From sequence record PV764601.1: 64,000 nt of DNA, one strand, 5' to 3'. Position numbers and translations under genes: made by a program. A model generated the notes under the pieces. That model did not search any database, had not been told where the DNA came from, and was given only the letters and a program-made list of their open reading frames with translations. Positions 36,302 to 45,659 of the stretch are shown piece by piece. Every line of letters starts with the position of its first letter. Position 1 is the first letter of the stretch.

Positions 36302-36613
36302 GTGGGCTATCGAGGAAGTGAAGAACGCCTGTGCGAAAACGGGCACCACATGATTTGGGACACGCACAACGCGAGCTATCCCAACAAGTGCAACGTGTGC
36401 GGTGGCAAGTTTGCCCACTGGCACAGCATCGACAACACCAACGGTTACTACGAGGACGATCCGGACACCTACCAAGCAGCGGTTCGTGAAATCGGGTTCA
36501 CCGATGAGTGGAAGACGGATCACTACGGAAACCGTTACGCCGTCAAGCATCTGCGTTACGCACCCGCCCGCGAAAGCGCATGGCGCACCTACAGCACTGA
36601 GGATGAAACATGA
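36302..36613 (+). CDS. Cys/His-containing hypothetical protein
   Basis: LCENGH..CNVCG motif; GAGGA RBS. Confidence 0.65.
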   Translation: MGYRGSEERLCENGHHMIWDTHNASYPNKCNVCGGKFAHWHSIDNTNGYYEDDPDTYQAAVREIGFTDEWKTDHYGNRYAVKHLRYAPARESAWRTYSTEDET

Positions 36614-37398
36614 GCAAGCATGCACCCATCGGTTTCTGCTACACCATCCACCACGGCACCGGCTGCACCTGCTGCAACTACGAGGACTACTGCTCGGGCC
36701 TGTACCGCACGGCCAAGGCTGCGGAAGAACAAGCCGATCGTGGGCGAAAGGGTGCAAGCACTGTCCGATCGCAATACGCTGAGAATGGTGTGCACACTGT
36801 CCTCAAACTCAAGTACGAACTGGTCGGTCGCTTCATCATCCTCAACGATGACCATGCGCGCGAGTTCGGGGGCTTCATGGATGACCATGATTACTCCACG
36901 TTCTACGAACTGCCGAAGGAACTGAGCAACACGTTCGACACCGAAGCCACGATTGCTGAGGCGTTGAAGGAGCACTACCCGGACTACGAACCGCCCATCA
37001 CTGCATATGCCACCGTGACCCACGGCATTCGGGGCTTCTTCGCCGTCATCATCATTGTAAATGAAGAGGGACTGCATGAACCGTTCAACACCGGGTTCGG
37101 CAGTTACGCCACCGCTAAGGAAGCGGTCGAAGAAGCGAAGGGCATGGCCGAAGCTGAGGGTATACCCTTCATCGAACCTACGCGCTGGTGCATCATCCGT
37201 CGTGTCGCACTGGAGAATGGGGAGCCGGGTCGATACGCGGGCACCTATGGCCAGATCGAACACTTCGGTAAGGACTTCGGCGATGTTGAGCCGTGGTTGT
37301 TCGACTTGCACGAAACTGCCCTCAACGTCGCCACTGAAAAGACGTGGCCGGGCTACGTCACGCAAGTCATGACCTACGAGGAATGGAAAAAGCTGTGA
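36610..37398 (+). CDS. Hypothetical protein with N-terminal Cys cluster
   Basis: GCTCCNY motif; 262 aa. Confidence 0.65.
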   Translation: MSKHAPIGFCYTIHHGTGCTCCNYEDYCSGLYRTAKAAEEQADRGRKGASTVRSQYAENGVHTVLKLKYELVGRFIILNDDHAREFGGFMDDHDYSTFYELPKELSNTFDTEATIAEALKEHYPDYEPPITAYATVTHGIRGFFAVIIIVNEEGLHEPFNTGFGSYATAKEAVEEAKGMAEAEGIPFIEPTRWCIIRRVALENGEPGRYAGTYGQIEHFGKDFGDVEPWLFDLHETALNVATEKTWPGYVTQVMTYEEWKKL

Positions 37399-37715
37399 GT
37401 CACCTCATCAAACGGGGATCATACGATCCCCTTAGCAAACCCGACAAAGCACCTACGATGCAAGGCTTCCACATTGCAACGCAGCGTGACTTTGCCAAGA
37501 AGCGCCCGGTCAAGATTGATCGTTACTTGATCGAGGGCGAGAACGTCAGCTACGCCGATATGGCTCAACGCCTCGACTGCGAAGACCGATTCGTGCGTAC
37601 TGCTTTCAAGAAAGCGAAGGGCATGGCTGGACCGATCACGTGGGAGCGTCTTCGCTCCCTCACTGGCGAACTCAAGAGCAAGCAAACCAAACGCCCTACC
37701 ATCTACTCCGAGTGA
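37395..37715 (+). CDS. Possible HTH DNA-binding protein
   Basis: GTG start overlapping the upstream stop; VSYADMAQRLDC..FVRTAF is HTH-like. Confidence 0.45.
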   Translation: MSHLIKRGSYDPLSKPDKAPTMQGFHIATQRDFAKKRPVKIDRYLIEGENVSYADMAQRLDCEDRFVRTAFKKAKGMAGPITWERLRSLTGELKSKQTKRPTIYSE

Positions 37716-37757
37716 GTAGCGCCTGTATCTCAATATCTTCAACCAAGGAAGCTGGAA

Positions 37758-38153
37758 ATGAATCGTCGCACTGCCGCAGAATCCACCGCCGCCATCACCG
37801 CTGTGCTGTCTTCCATCATGGTCAACACTGCGCAACGCATCCTGTTCCCGCAGCTGGAACGCAACGAGGTGATCGGTCACACCAAGGGCGGCTGGCCCAT
37901 TGAACGTCCGATCTACAGCTACCGCATCGGCATGCTGGAAGATGGCCGGCCCACACGTATCCTCAACGTTGGCGACGCGATCAACACCGACACGATGGCA
38001 TGGGCACTTCGTCAGGGCCTGTTCCGTTCGGTGCTGATCGAGACTCGTCGTGGTACCGACGTGTACTACAAGCTGACTGCCAAGGGCCTTCGCTTCTACG
38101 AGGAAGAAATCGGTGACTGCGCTCACGACGACAACTTCGCTCTGAGGGCCTAA
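37758..38153 (+). CDS. Hypothetical protein (possible winged-helix C-terminus)
   Basis: LRQGLF...YYKLTAKG wing-like motif. Confidence 0.55.
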   Translation: MNRRTAAESTAAITAVLSSIMVNTAQRILFPQLERNEVIGHTKGGWPIERPIYSYRIGMLEDGRPTRILNVGDAINTDTMAWALRQGLFRSVLIETRRGTDVYYKLTAKGLRFYEEEIGDCAHDDNFALRA

Positions 38154-38154
38154 C

Positions 38155-38556
38155 ATGAAAATTCTTGACCGCCTCGGTATCTCTGCATCGGCTCTGTGCG
38201 CTGTGCACTGCGCCGCTGTTCCTGTCCTCGCGTTCCTCGGCGTTTCCTTCTTTGGATTCGTCCAAGGCGAAGAAATCATCCACACCTACCTGCTGCTCGG
38301 TACGTTTGCGTTCGCTGCCGCCACGCTAGCGATTGGCACATGGCGTCATCGTGATCCGCATTCGTGGAAGTGGATGTTCCTCGCTGCGGTTGCCATGAGT
38401 GCCTCAATCATCTGGCACGACTGGTTTGACCAGTCCGAATGGCTGCACGCGATCCCAATGGTGGTGTTCGGTGTAGCACTCATCATTGCGCACATCGTCA
38501 ACATGCGTGCGTGGCACGTGCACCGGCACAACAACTCCTGTTCCTGCAAGCACTAA
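38155..38556 (+). CDS. MerC-domain membrane protein
   Basis: LDRLGISASALCAVHC signature, four TM helices, His/Cys-rich C-terminus (HVHRHNNSCSCKH). Confidence 0.8.
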   Translation: MKILDRLGISASALCAVHCAAVPVLAFLGVSFFGFVQGEEIIHTYLLLGTFAFAAATLAIGTWRHRDPHSWKWMFLAAVAMSASIIWHDWFDQSEWLHAIPMVVFGVALIIAHIVNMRAWHVHRHNNSCSCKH

Positions 38557-38579
38557 CTCAACCGTCAAGGAAGTTCACC

Positions 38580-39065
38580 ATGCACAAGTATCTGAGCGCT
38601 TCGTTCCGTGCCATCGTCATCGCCACCCTGACCGCACTGTTCGCGGCGTGTTCGGGGAACGGCCAAGTCGCTTCCAATGACAACGAGGTCAACACCATCA
38701 TCAGCAGGGCCGAGTGGAATGCCAAGGGGTTCAAGGAAACCCTGCCTCTTGGCATCTACCAAGCTCGGGTGTATGAACCCCACCGCCTCGGCGAATTCGA
38801 GAACCAGCAGCTGTTGATCGCAGGCGTGCTGGATCGCGTCACCGATAACAAGGACGGCAGCACTACGTTCTACATTTCCGACCTGTCTTCCTCCGCCCGT
38901 TCGGACTACAAGAACGGTGTCGTTGGTGTCCTGTATCTCGCTGAACAGAAGGCATACGCTCGGTCCAAGATGGTGCCGCTAGGCTCTTTCGTCCGACTGG
39001 AGTGTGCAGGCGGTAAATTCATCGGTGAGTTGACCTTCGCTTGCCTTGGCCTCGAAATCACGTAA
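38580..39065 (+). CDS. Lipoprotein, possible tRNA_anti-like OB-fold
   Basis: Lipobox LFAA|C; LLIAGVLDRV..GSFVRLEC pattern. Confidence 0.55.
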   Translation: MHKYLSASFRAIVIATLTALFAACSGNGQVASNDNEVNTIISRAEWNAKGFKETLPLGIYQARVYEPHRLGEFENQQLLIAGVLDRVTDNKDGSTTFYISDLSSSARSDYKNGVVGVLYLAEQKAYARSKMVPLGSFVRLECAGGKFIGELTFACLGLEIT

Positions 39066-39105
39066 TGACCTAATTTCATAGGTCGCCAACCAAAAGGAAT
39101 CTGTC

Positions 39106-39621
39106 ATGGAAAAGAAGTCCAAGTTCCAGCCGCCGGGCTGGCTCGTTTACCCTCTCCTGATCGCTGTCATCGTGCTGGCTGCCCTGTACTTCTTCGGGCC
39201 GCAGCCTCCGTCCGCCAGCGCCATCCCTTCCGCCCCTCCGACCATCGAGTCCAAGCCGCCGCAAGGGGTCACGGAGAAGACGACCTCCGAAGTCCTCATG
39301 GAGGACATTGAGAAATCCATCCAAGAAGGTACGCCGCGCAAGCCGCTGCCCGAGTTCGTGGCACCGTCGAAAGACGAACGTCGGGCGCACTTCATTGCAC
39401 AGTGCGTCCCTGACTTGAAGGCGTCGGAAGGCATGGGCTTCGATGATGAGGAAGTGCTGGTAGAAGCTCGCACGATGCCGAACATCTTCTGCGGCTGCAT
39501 CTTCGACATTATGTGGAACGGTCAGACGACTGGTGAGCAGATGTCCGATCCTGACTACATGAACACGCGTGCAATCATGTGCGCATACAAGACCAAAGAA
39601 CGCGACCTCGCGCTCAACTAA
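39106..39621 (+). CDS. Membrane-anchored periplasmic protein
   Basis: N-terminal TM, Pro-rich linker, FIAQC..FCGC..C helical domain. Confidence 0.65.
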   Translation: MEKKSKFQPPGWLVYPLLIAVIVLAALYFFGPQPPSASAIPSAPPTIESKPPQGVTEKTTSEVLMEDIEKSIQEGTPRKPLPEFVAPSKDERRAHFIAQCVPDLKASEGMGFDDEEVLVEARTMPNIFCGCIFDIMWNGQTTGEQMSDPDYMNTRAIMCAYKTKERDLALN

Positions 39622-39638
39622 CCGGAGTAGTTCGACGA

Positions 39639-39914
39639 ATGAGCAAGACCGTCAACGCGGTGGGTATCAATCCCCTGCACAAAGCCAACGCCCTCAGTCT
39701 GCAACGTGCAGCCATCGCGTTGCGTGACGATCCGAAGTATGGCCTGAGTCACCATTTCCAGTCGCCGGAAATGACTAAGCTGCTGGCAGCTACCAAGCTG
39801 ACCCCGGCAGAAGCGGGACGCATCAGCGTTGTCCTCAAGAGTATTGGCGTCACTGGCGTCAGTAATTTCCCGGTGCGTGGTCGCCACTACGGCGAGGCCA
39901 CCATTCAAATGTAA
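39639..39914 (+). CDS. Hypothetical protein
   Basis: GGAG RBS, MSKTVNA start. Confidence 0.6.
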   Translation: MSKTVNAVGINPLHKANALSLQRAAIALRDDPKYGLSHHFQSPEMTKLLAATKLTPAEAGRISVVLKSIGVTGVSNFPVRGRHYGEATIQM

Positions 39915-39923
39915 GGAGCGGTT

Positions 39924-40178
39924 ATGTTCCTGCGATTCCTGTTGTTGCATGAAGCACGCGGGGTTAACAGCCTCGTCACGTTGTACGCCTTCCTTGGTAT
40001 TGGGTTGGTAGGAATGTGGATCGCCACTGGCATGAAGGGCCACATCACGGTCCTAGGTGTTGCCCTCCTGCTGCTTCTGGCGGGAGGCTTCATTGTCGCA
40101 ATACCCTTTGTTTTGATTCCGGGTTATCAGCACTATAGGAATGCCCGGCTAGCACGGAGGCGCAGACGCGCAAAGTGA
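39924..40178 (+). CDS. Small membrane protein
   Basis: AAGGAG RBS; hydrophobic with basic tail. Confidence 0.6.
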   Translation: MFLRFLLLHEARGVNSLVTLYAFLGIGLVGMWIATGMKGHITVLGVALLLLLAGGFIVAIPFVLIPGYQHYRNARLARRRRRAK

Positions 40179-40438
40179 ATAAGAAAACGCGGGAACACGT
40201 TGGTCGAGTTGCACGTGAGTGTAACGCGGCGCTCTGGAAGAAGCGGATCGAGTTGTCCGCTCTTTCTCCCACCGAGCAGAAACGTGAGCAGCAAAGCATC
40301 ATTCAACAACACATGGCCGCGCTGGCCAATCTACTGACTCAGGAATTGTCGGGTCATGCGCCCGATCAAGGAGAACCGAATGAAACTGATCGCCACCCTT
40401 CGCTCCCTTCCCATCATCGGCCGTGCTGTGCCCACTGA
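40175..40438 (+). CDS. Hypothetical protein
   Basis: GTG start overlapping the stop; tail overlaps the next gene by ~58 nt. Confidence 0.45.
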   Translation: MNKKTREHVGRVARECNAALWKKRIELSALSPTEQKREQQSIIQQHMAALANLLTQELSGHAPDQGEPNETDRHPSLPSHHRPCCAH

Positions 40439-40742
40439 GACTGGCTTCGAGGCAGCCGAGCGTTTCGTCTCGCTGGTTGCCGAAGCTGCACAGCAGGATC
40501 GCGTGGTACGCTTCTATCGCCTGCCCCGTCGCAATACGGACCTAGGTGGGTGGGAGTGGATGGCAAATGAAGACTGGCGCAACGAAGTGCTCCGCTATCT
40601 GGAAAGCAAGGGAGTTCAGGTCAAGGACGCGCATTTCGTACCGCCTGATCCGATGGGTGATTGGGAGTTCATCGCAATGTCCACGGTTGCGGTCCCCTAT
40701 GTCGCAACCCTGACCCTCGCCGATGCTATGGAGGCAAAGTGA
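40380..40742 (+). CDS. Hypothetical protein
   Basis: AAGGAG RBS, MKLIATL start. Confidence 0.65.
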   Translation: MKLIATLRSLPIIGRAVPTETGFEAAERFVSLVAEAAQQDRVVRFYRLPRRNTDLGGWEWMANEDWRNEVLRYLESKGVQVKDAHFVPPDPMGDWEFIAMSTVAVPYVATLTLADAMEAK

Positions 40743-40945
40743 TTTCCGCAAACGCACTGGTCGCTTTCGACAAGAAGTTCTTCGGCACCAAGCCGCAGCA
40801 TCAGCGCTATGGTCAGGCGTTGATGAACGAGTTCAACCATGACCCCGACGTGGCCAAGCATCGGACCGATTCGATCCTGTGGGAAGCCAACACGAAACAC
40901 GTGGCTCTTCTTCGGGCCCAAGAACTTGGGATGATCGAGCAATGA
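40739..40945 (+). CDS. Hypothetical protein
   Basis: GGAGG RBS, GTGA overlap; QRYGQALMN motif. Confidence 0.6.
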   Translation: MISANALVAFDKKFFGTKPQHQRYGQALMNEFNHDPDVAKHRTDSILWEANTKHVALLRAQELGMIEQ

Positions 40946-41301
40946 ACAAGCAACAGCTTACCATCAAGACGGACTTCTCTGAACTGGAAGAGAAAATCCA
41001 ATCCCACATGCGCCCCGTGCAGGAAGCGTGGAAGCCGTGCCAGCATCCTGAGCATGAACCGCCGATGATGCTGTATGTGCCTCACGGGCAGGAGTACGTT
41101 CACATATGTCCCGGTTGCCTGCGCTCTTGTGCGGTGCGGTCGAACGACGTGACCATGCTGACCATCACGGGGAGGACGGTCAAGGACCATGACCCCTTCT
41201 ATCACAGCCTGCCCCTTGATCCAGAAAAGCAGGCACGCATGGATAGTTGGCGTTCCGCTTTCGCTCAAATGGGTAGCTCGGATACTGTAAATAAGGTATA
41301 G
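40942..41301 (+). CDS. Hypothetical protein with Zn-binding-like motif
   Basis: C.HPEHEPP..Y.H.CP.C motif. Confidence 0.6.
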   Translation: MNKQQLTIKTDFSELEEKIQSHMRPVQEAWKPCQHPEHEPPMMLYVPHGQEYVHICPGCLRSCAVRSNDVTMLTITGRTVKDHDPFYHSLPLDPEKQARMDSWRSAFAQMGSSDTVNKV

Positions 41302-41559
41302 CAGCACCTTGATTGAATCACGCGCAAGCAACCACTCAAACACGTAAGGATTAACGATCTACACGCATCCGATTGGAGCCCTCTGACGCTCGCAGCTTGT
41401 TGGATATGCGCTCTGACAAGCTGCGCCCTATGCGCAGCACCACCTAGGGACACAGCAATCGAATGCGTGGTTAGGTCTAACACGGAACGTCTCATTCGTT
41501 TTTCAATTCACTAGGGCTGACCAAGAAAGTCGCCCACTACTTTCACGGAGAAACAAAAA

Positions 41560-41796
41560 ATGTTGCTTCTTACTCGCCGCATTGGTGAAGCAGTCATGAT
41601 TGGCACCGGCTCGAATATGTCTACGGTGCGTATCCTTGGTGTCAAGGGCAATCAAGTGAAAATCGGTATTGACGCACCGAAGGAAACCCCGGTCAATCGT
41701 CAGGAAGTCCACGAACGCATCCAGCGCGGCGTGCCGTTTGCCAAGTCAACTAGCCCAACCGAAGTCACTTCGGGTGCGGAAAGCGAAGCAACCTGA
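41560..41796 (+). CDS. csrA: Carbon storage regulator CsrA/RsmA homolog
   Basis: [48 protein letters not shown] closely matches CsrA, including the RNA-binding Arg. Confidence 0.95.
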   Translation: MLLLTRRIGEAVMIGTGSNMSTVRILGVKGNQVKIGIDAPKETPVNRQEVHERIQRGVPFAKSTSPTEVTSGAESEAT

Positions 41797-41805
41797 TACA
41801 CCGAT

Positions 41806-41833
41806 AGGGCCACGGAGGGCCCTTTCAGTTTTT
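41806..41833 (+). terminator. Terminator after csrA
   Basis: agggcc-acggag-ggccct followed by a T-rich tract. Confidence 0.55.
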
Positions 41834-41846
41834 CTTGGAGGATCAA

Positions 41847-42119
41847 ATGGCAGCAAACACGAACAAGACCTTTGAGGCCGATCTTGAGATTGTACGCAGC
41901 AAGCTCGCCACTACCCTTGGCGTGGACGCAGCGGCCATCCCGGTTACGAACAACATGCTCACTCTGAGTAACGGATGGTTTGTGCGCTCAGACGTGATTG
42001 CACAGCGTTACACGCTGCTGCGCGAAGTCAGCGGCATGATTGAAGATTCGGCAGAATACGGAAACGTTGCAGACCTACGTAGGGCACTGCGGCGTCGGAA
42101 AGAACTAGGGACTTTGTAA
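41847..42119 (+). CDS. Hypothetical protein
   Basis: GGAGG RBS, MAANTNK start. Confidence 0.65.
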   Translation: MAANTNKTFEADLEIVRSKLATTLGVDAAAIPVTNNMLTLSNGWFVRSDVIAQRYTLLREVSGMIEDSAEYGNVADLRRALRRRKELGTL

Positions 42120-42127
42120 GGTGCGAT

Positions 42128-42670
42128 ATGGAAGCAACGGAAGTTGAAGCAGCTATCAGGACATACAACAAGGAAGTGAATGGTTCGCCTAATCCCATCT
42201 TCATTACGGGATGGACGGTGACCGATGACTACGTGGAGGTGGTCCTATTCTCACCGCAGGCCCTAGTGGGCTGGCCTAATGGCTCAGTGATGCGCGTGAG
42301 TGTTACCAACATCGTAGACTTCCGATCGTATCTCAGCATGATGCGTTCGGCAGCTGGACCGTCTTCGCGCGAAGCAATCCTCGCCAGCGAAGTCAAGTGG
42401 GTAGTAAACGACAATGCCGAGCTCGGTGTTCGCATTGGCGATCAATGCTTCTTCTTTTACCAAGGCCGTTCGCTTTGCTACCCTACCGGCAAACACGATA
42501 CCGGCCTCCCGCGCAAATGGCGGTACGTTGCTTCCAAGGAATTCGGAGATACTGTGGCACCCTCCCTGCATGATGATGTTGGCGGTGTGGTCGGAGTGGC
42601 TCCGCTCTACGAGGGGCATGAATGGTACGACATGACGCCGGACCCAGCCAATCAGGAGGTTGTTGAGTGA
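42128..42670 (+). CDS. Hypothetical protein
   Basis: 180 aa; WVVND..ELGV.IG..FFFY.G pattern. Confidence 0.65.
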   Translation: MEATEVEAAIRTYNKEVNGSPNPIFITGWTVTDDYVEVVLFSPQALVGWPNGSVMRVSVTNIVDFRSYLSMMRSAAGPSSREAILASEVKWVVNDNAELGVRIGDQCFFFYQGRSLCYPTGKHDTGLPRKWRYVASKEFGDTVAPSLHDDVGGVVGVAPLYEGHEWYDMTPDPANQEVVE

Positions 42671-43092
42671 GCTATATGAAAACGTTGTTCTTCGGAACAG
42701 GTGTGTTGGTATGGAGCCTACTTGGCATCCTGCTTTTGTTGTTCCTGTTTGAGCTTCTTGTGATCGGAGTGGCCAACGCCTTCTCCCATTTGCGCTGGCA
42801 GATGAAGGTCTACAAGGTGCAGAAGCCCGAAGCCAAGATGGGTGAGTTCTACCTTACCTATTGGTGGCCGATGCTGTGTGCTTTCTTTAGCTACGTGTTG
42901 GAGTTCATGGGCTACCGCAAGAATTCGGGAACTAGCTACACTGGTCAGGGTGGCAGCTTCTGGCGGGGCATTGGCGATTGGTACGAAGGTAAGTTGCTTA
43001 CCGCGTTGCCTACCCAAGTCAAGAACGCCGACGGAACCTTCTCGGAGCTTCATCCGGACGATGAAGACGAAGAAATCGAGGACAACGATTGA
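42667..43092 (+). CDS. Membrane protein
   Basis: N-terminal TM, acidic tail. Confidence 0.6.
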   Translation: MSYMKTLFFGTGVLVWSLLGILLLLFLFELLVIGVANAFSHLRWQMKVYKVQKPEAKMGEFYLTYWWPMLCAFFSYVLEFMGYRKNSGTSYTGQGGSFWRGIGDWYEGKLLTALPTQVKNADGTFSELHPDDEDEEIEDND

Positions 43093-43421
43093 CCGAGTTC
43101 CTATCCATTCTGTTCTTCCTGATAGTTGGTCATGCCTTGGCCGACTATCCATTACAGGGACCATTCATCGCAGCAAACAAGTGTAGACGTACTGGAGACA
43201 AGCACGTGCCTTGGTGGCATGCGCTGACTGCACACGCCATGATTCATGGTGGTGCGGTTGCTCTCATAACAGGCTCCGCACTGCTGGGTGTACTGGAAAC
43301 TGCGTGTCACTTCGCAATTGATTTTCTCAAGAGCGAACGCTTAATCGGAATCAACGTGGATCAAGGTTTGCATGTGTTGTGTAAAGTCATGTGGGCCGTT
43401 CTTGCTGTAACCATCTTCTAA
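43089..43421 (+). CDS. DUF3307-family membrane protein
   Basis: GHALADYPLQ..LTAHAMIH..HFAID.LK..DQGLH signature. Confidence 0.8.
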   Translation: MTEFLSILFFLIVGHALADYPLQGPFIAANKCRRTGDKHVPWWHALTAHAMIHGGAVALITGSALLGVLETACHFAIDFLKSERLIGINVDQGLHVLCKVMWAVLAVTIF

Positions 43422-43524
43422 CCCTTCCCATTAATCCTCTACAGCCGTACACCGGCGGAGCTTGAGTAGACAATGTGACCCGGACATAAAGGACAGTCAG
43501 GGCCACCGCACCCATGAGGTTAAC

Positions 43525-44208
43525 ATGCGCTTCATTCTCGCTATGCTTCTTATGTTTGTGCCGTTCGCGTCAGAGGCGATGGCACTAAAGCTTACCCCGA
43601 AACAGCAAACCGTACTGCACCTGTCTGCACAGATTGGCGCGGAGTATGGAGTTTCGGACATGCTGCCCGGACTCGTCTTCCGAGAGTCCTCGCTGGGCAG
43701 GGTAACGACAGACGCAGGAGGCAAGCACTTCGGCGTCGGGCACGTAAACCTTGCTACGGCAAAGTATGTCGCTACGCGGCATCCAGAACTCGGGACGATA
43801 ACGCCAGCCCGTCTACGCAACGACACTGAATTGGGGTTGCGAGTAGCTGCTCTTTATCTACGTGAGTGTGTCGATACCTTCGGTCACAGCCAGAGAGCAC
43901 TTGTGTGCTACAACGGTGGGCCCGGACACGCACAACGTTTCACAAGTACCAGGTACTCACGGTTGGTGGCTCAACACAATCGTGACCTCGCTGTATACGC
44001 TCGCTCTTCGGGCGTACCGCTCCAACCAACCTTGACCATCAAGCGTGAACGGTTTGAGGTTGCTTTCTCCAAGCCGGTAGTTGATGTTGACTGCTGGATT
44101 GCTGTCCCTCAGCTTGACCGTACTTTCTGGACCCGTACCTACTACGTCAATGGGTACGACCTGCAACCGTGCAACCCAACCTCGGCTTACATAGCCATCA
44201 ACGCATAA
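43525..44208 (+). CDS. Secreted lytic transglycosylase (SLT domain)
   Basis: Signal peptide; catalytic RESSLG, GVGHV, ALVCYNGGPG motifs. Confidence 0.85.
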   Translation: MRFILAMLLMFVPFASEAMALKLTPKQQTVLHLSAQIGAEYGVSDMLPGLVFRESSLGRVTTDAGGKHFGVGHVNLATAKYVATRHPELGTITPARLRNDTELGLRVAALYLRECVDTFGHSQRALVCYNGGPGHAQRFTSTRYSRLVAQHNRDLAVYARSSGVPLQPTLTIKRERFEVAFSKPVVDVDCWIAVPQLDRTFWTRTYYVNGYDLQPCNPTSAYIAINA

Positions 44209-44220
44209 GGAAGTCCTAGC

Positions 44221-44787
44221 ATGACTGCTCTCATCATTACTGCCCCGCAACTCAACCTGCCTGACGTTCAGATGCGCGCGTTCCCTTCGGACTCAGTGGT
44301 GCTGCACCCTGATCGTCCTCGCGTCTACAACCTGTCTGGCGGTCTGTTCGCAGTGGGTACTCGGGGCACTGTCTACAGCAGTCAGTTTGACCACCACCGA
44401 AGGAACATTGGCAGGAACGAGAACATCCTCCTGCTGTCTCCTCGCAAGCACACCTCCAATGCTCGGTACCTCACGCCGGAAGTGACTGAGGCGCTGCTGA
44501 CGGTAGGCGCATGGCCCACCAACGCAGAGACTGTTCGGTTCGCGCTGGAAGTCAAGTGGGTGGAGCAGTTCCAGCGTCACTACTCCGGTTCGGATGCAGA
44601 CTCCCTCTTCCGCAAGGGCCTGCTGACTCCGGTACAGCGCCGCAAGATGGAAAAGGGCCTGCATGCAGAAGCAATCTCCAGCATGTTGAAGCAGTACGCC
44701 AATCTGGCGACCATCAAGAAGCTGGCTGATCTGAAATACGTGAAGCCGAAACTCTCCAAGGTAATTGAGGGAACCAATGACGACTGA
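44221..44787 (+). CDS. Hypothetical protein
   Basis: AAGGA RBS; 188 aa. Confidence 0.65.
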   Translation: MTALIITAPQLNLPDVQMRAFPSDSVVLHPDRPRVYNLSGGLFAVGTRGTVYSSQFDHHRRNIGRNENILLLSPRKHTSNARYLTPEVTEALLTVGAWPTNAETVRFALEVKWVEQFQRHYSGSDADSLFRKGLLTPVQRRKMEKGLHAEAISSMLKQYANLATIKKLADLKYVKPKLSKVIEGTNDD

Positions 44788-44956
44788 GCAATTCAATCAA
44801 CTTCGGCCTACGCTGACTGCCAATCTGGCGGCGGCGTTTGAGCAGCAAATGACCACGATGGGCCCGGACAAGATGAAGGGTGTATCGTGGTTTAGCTCCA
44901 CTGCGGCACAGCATCCCGAGAACGCAGTGAAGCGTGACGACTACCACGGCTTCTAA
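44777..44956 (+). CDS. Hypothetical small protein
   Basis: GAGG RBS, MTTEQF start. Confidence 0.5.
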   Translation: MTTEQFNQLRPTLTANLAAAFEQQMTTMGPDKMKGVSWFSSTAAQHPENAVKRDDYHGF

Positions 44957-44968
44957 GTAGGTGACAAG

Positions 44969-45226
44969 ATGGCAGTAGGTTTCGGACCAGCAGATGGCGT
45001 GCAGGATACGATTGACGCAACGGTTAACAACGCGATTGATCGAGCGCGCCTGATGCTACAAGGAACGGGCACTGAGGATTGTGTGGATTGCGACAACCCC
45101 ATTCCCCTCGCACGCCGTAAGGCGATGCCCAACGCAACTCGGTGTGTATGCTGTCAAAGCAAGTACGCCGTTACTGGCGAAACGTATTACAACCGTCGCG
45201 GATCGAAAGACTCCCAGCTGAGGTGA
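44969..45226 (+). CDS. DksA/TraR C4-type zinc-finger protein (YbiI-like)
   Basis: MAVGFGPADGVQD..CVDCDNPIPLARRKAMP.ATRCVCCQ. Confidence 0.9.
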   Translation: MAVGFGPADGVQDTIDATVNNAIDRARLMLQGTGTEDCVDCDNPIPLARRKAMPNATRCVCCQSKYAVTGETYYNRRGSKDSQLR

Positions 45227-45310
45227 GCATGAACGTCAAGAGCGAATCGCTGATTTCCGTCATAGGCAGCCCCTGTCCGCCGTGGGCAGGGGGCCTTATG
45301 GAGACCAGCA

Positions 45311-45619
45311 ATGAACCGTGCAATTCGTCGTCACCACCGTGAACGCATCTTTGCAAAGCGTTTGAAGCAGAACACCCTTCGCACTGAAAAGATGGGTGAT
45401 CCCTCTCGGTCCAACTACGTGGAGTCCTACTTCAATCAGAAGGAGTGGGCTGTCAACAATGCTCGGCGTAGGATCAATACCACGAAGCCGCATTGCAAGT
45501 GCCATTCGTGCCGTCTGCATCGTGCGTACAAATCCAGCTACGGCAATAGTTGGACCGGGCGTGGACTTTCTCGCGTCAGCGCTGACAACGATATGCGTGA
45601 CCAGTTGAACGACCTCTAA
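45311..45619 (+). CDS. Basic protein with Arg-rich N-terminus and CxCxxC
   Basis: MNRAIRRHHRERIFAKR..HCKCHSC. Confidence 0.65.
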   Translation: MNRAIRRHHRERIFAKRLKQNTLRTEKMGDPSRSNYVESYFNQKEWAVNNARRRINTTKPHCKCHSCRLHRAYKSSYGNSWTGRGLSRVSADNDMRDQLNDL

Positions 45620-45624
45620 CCTAC

Positions 45625-45644
45625 AGGTGCCCTTCGGGGCACCT
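45625..45644 (+). terminator. UUCG-loop terminator
   Basis: aggtgccc-ttcg-gggcacct followed by TT. Confidence 0.65.
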
Positions 45645-45659
45645 TTCTCGGTACTAGCC

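Noticed and set aside
38155-38556. Mercury-resistance operon or transposon
   Set aside because: No merR/T/P/A or transposase genes nearby.
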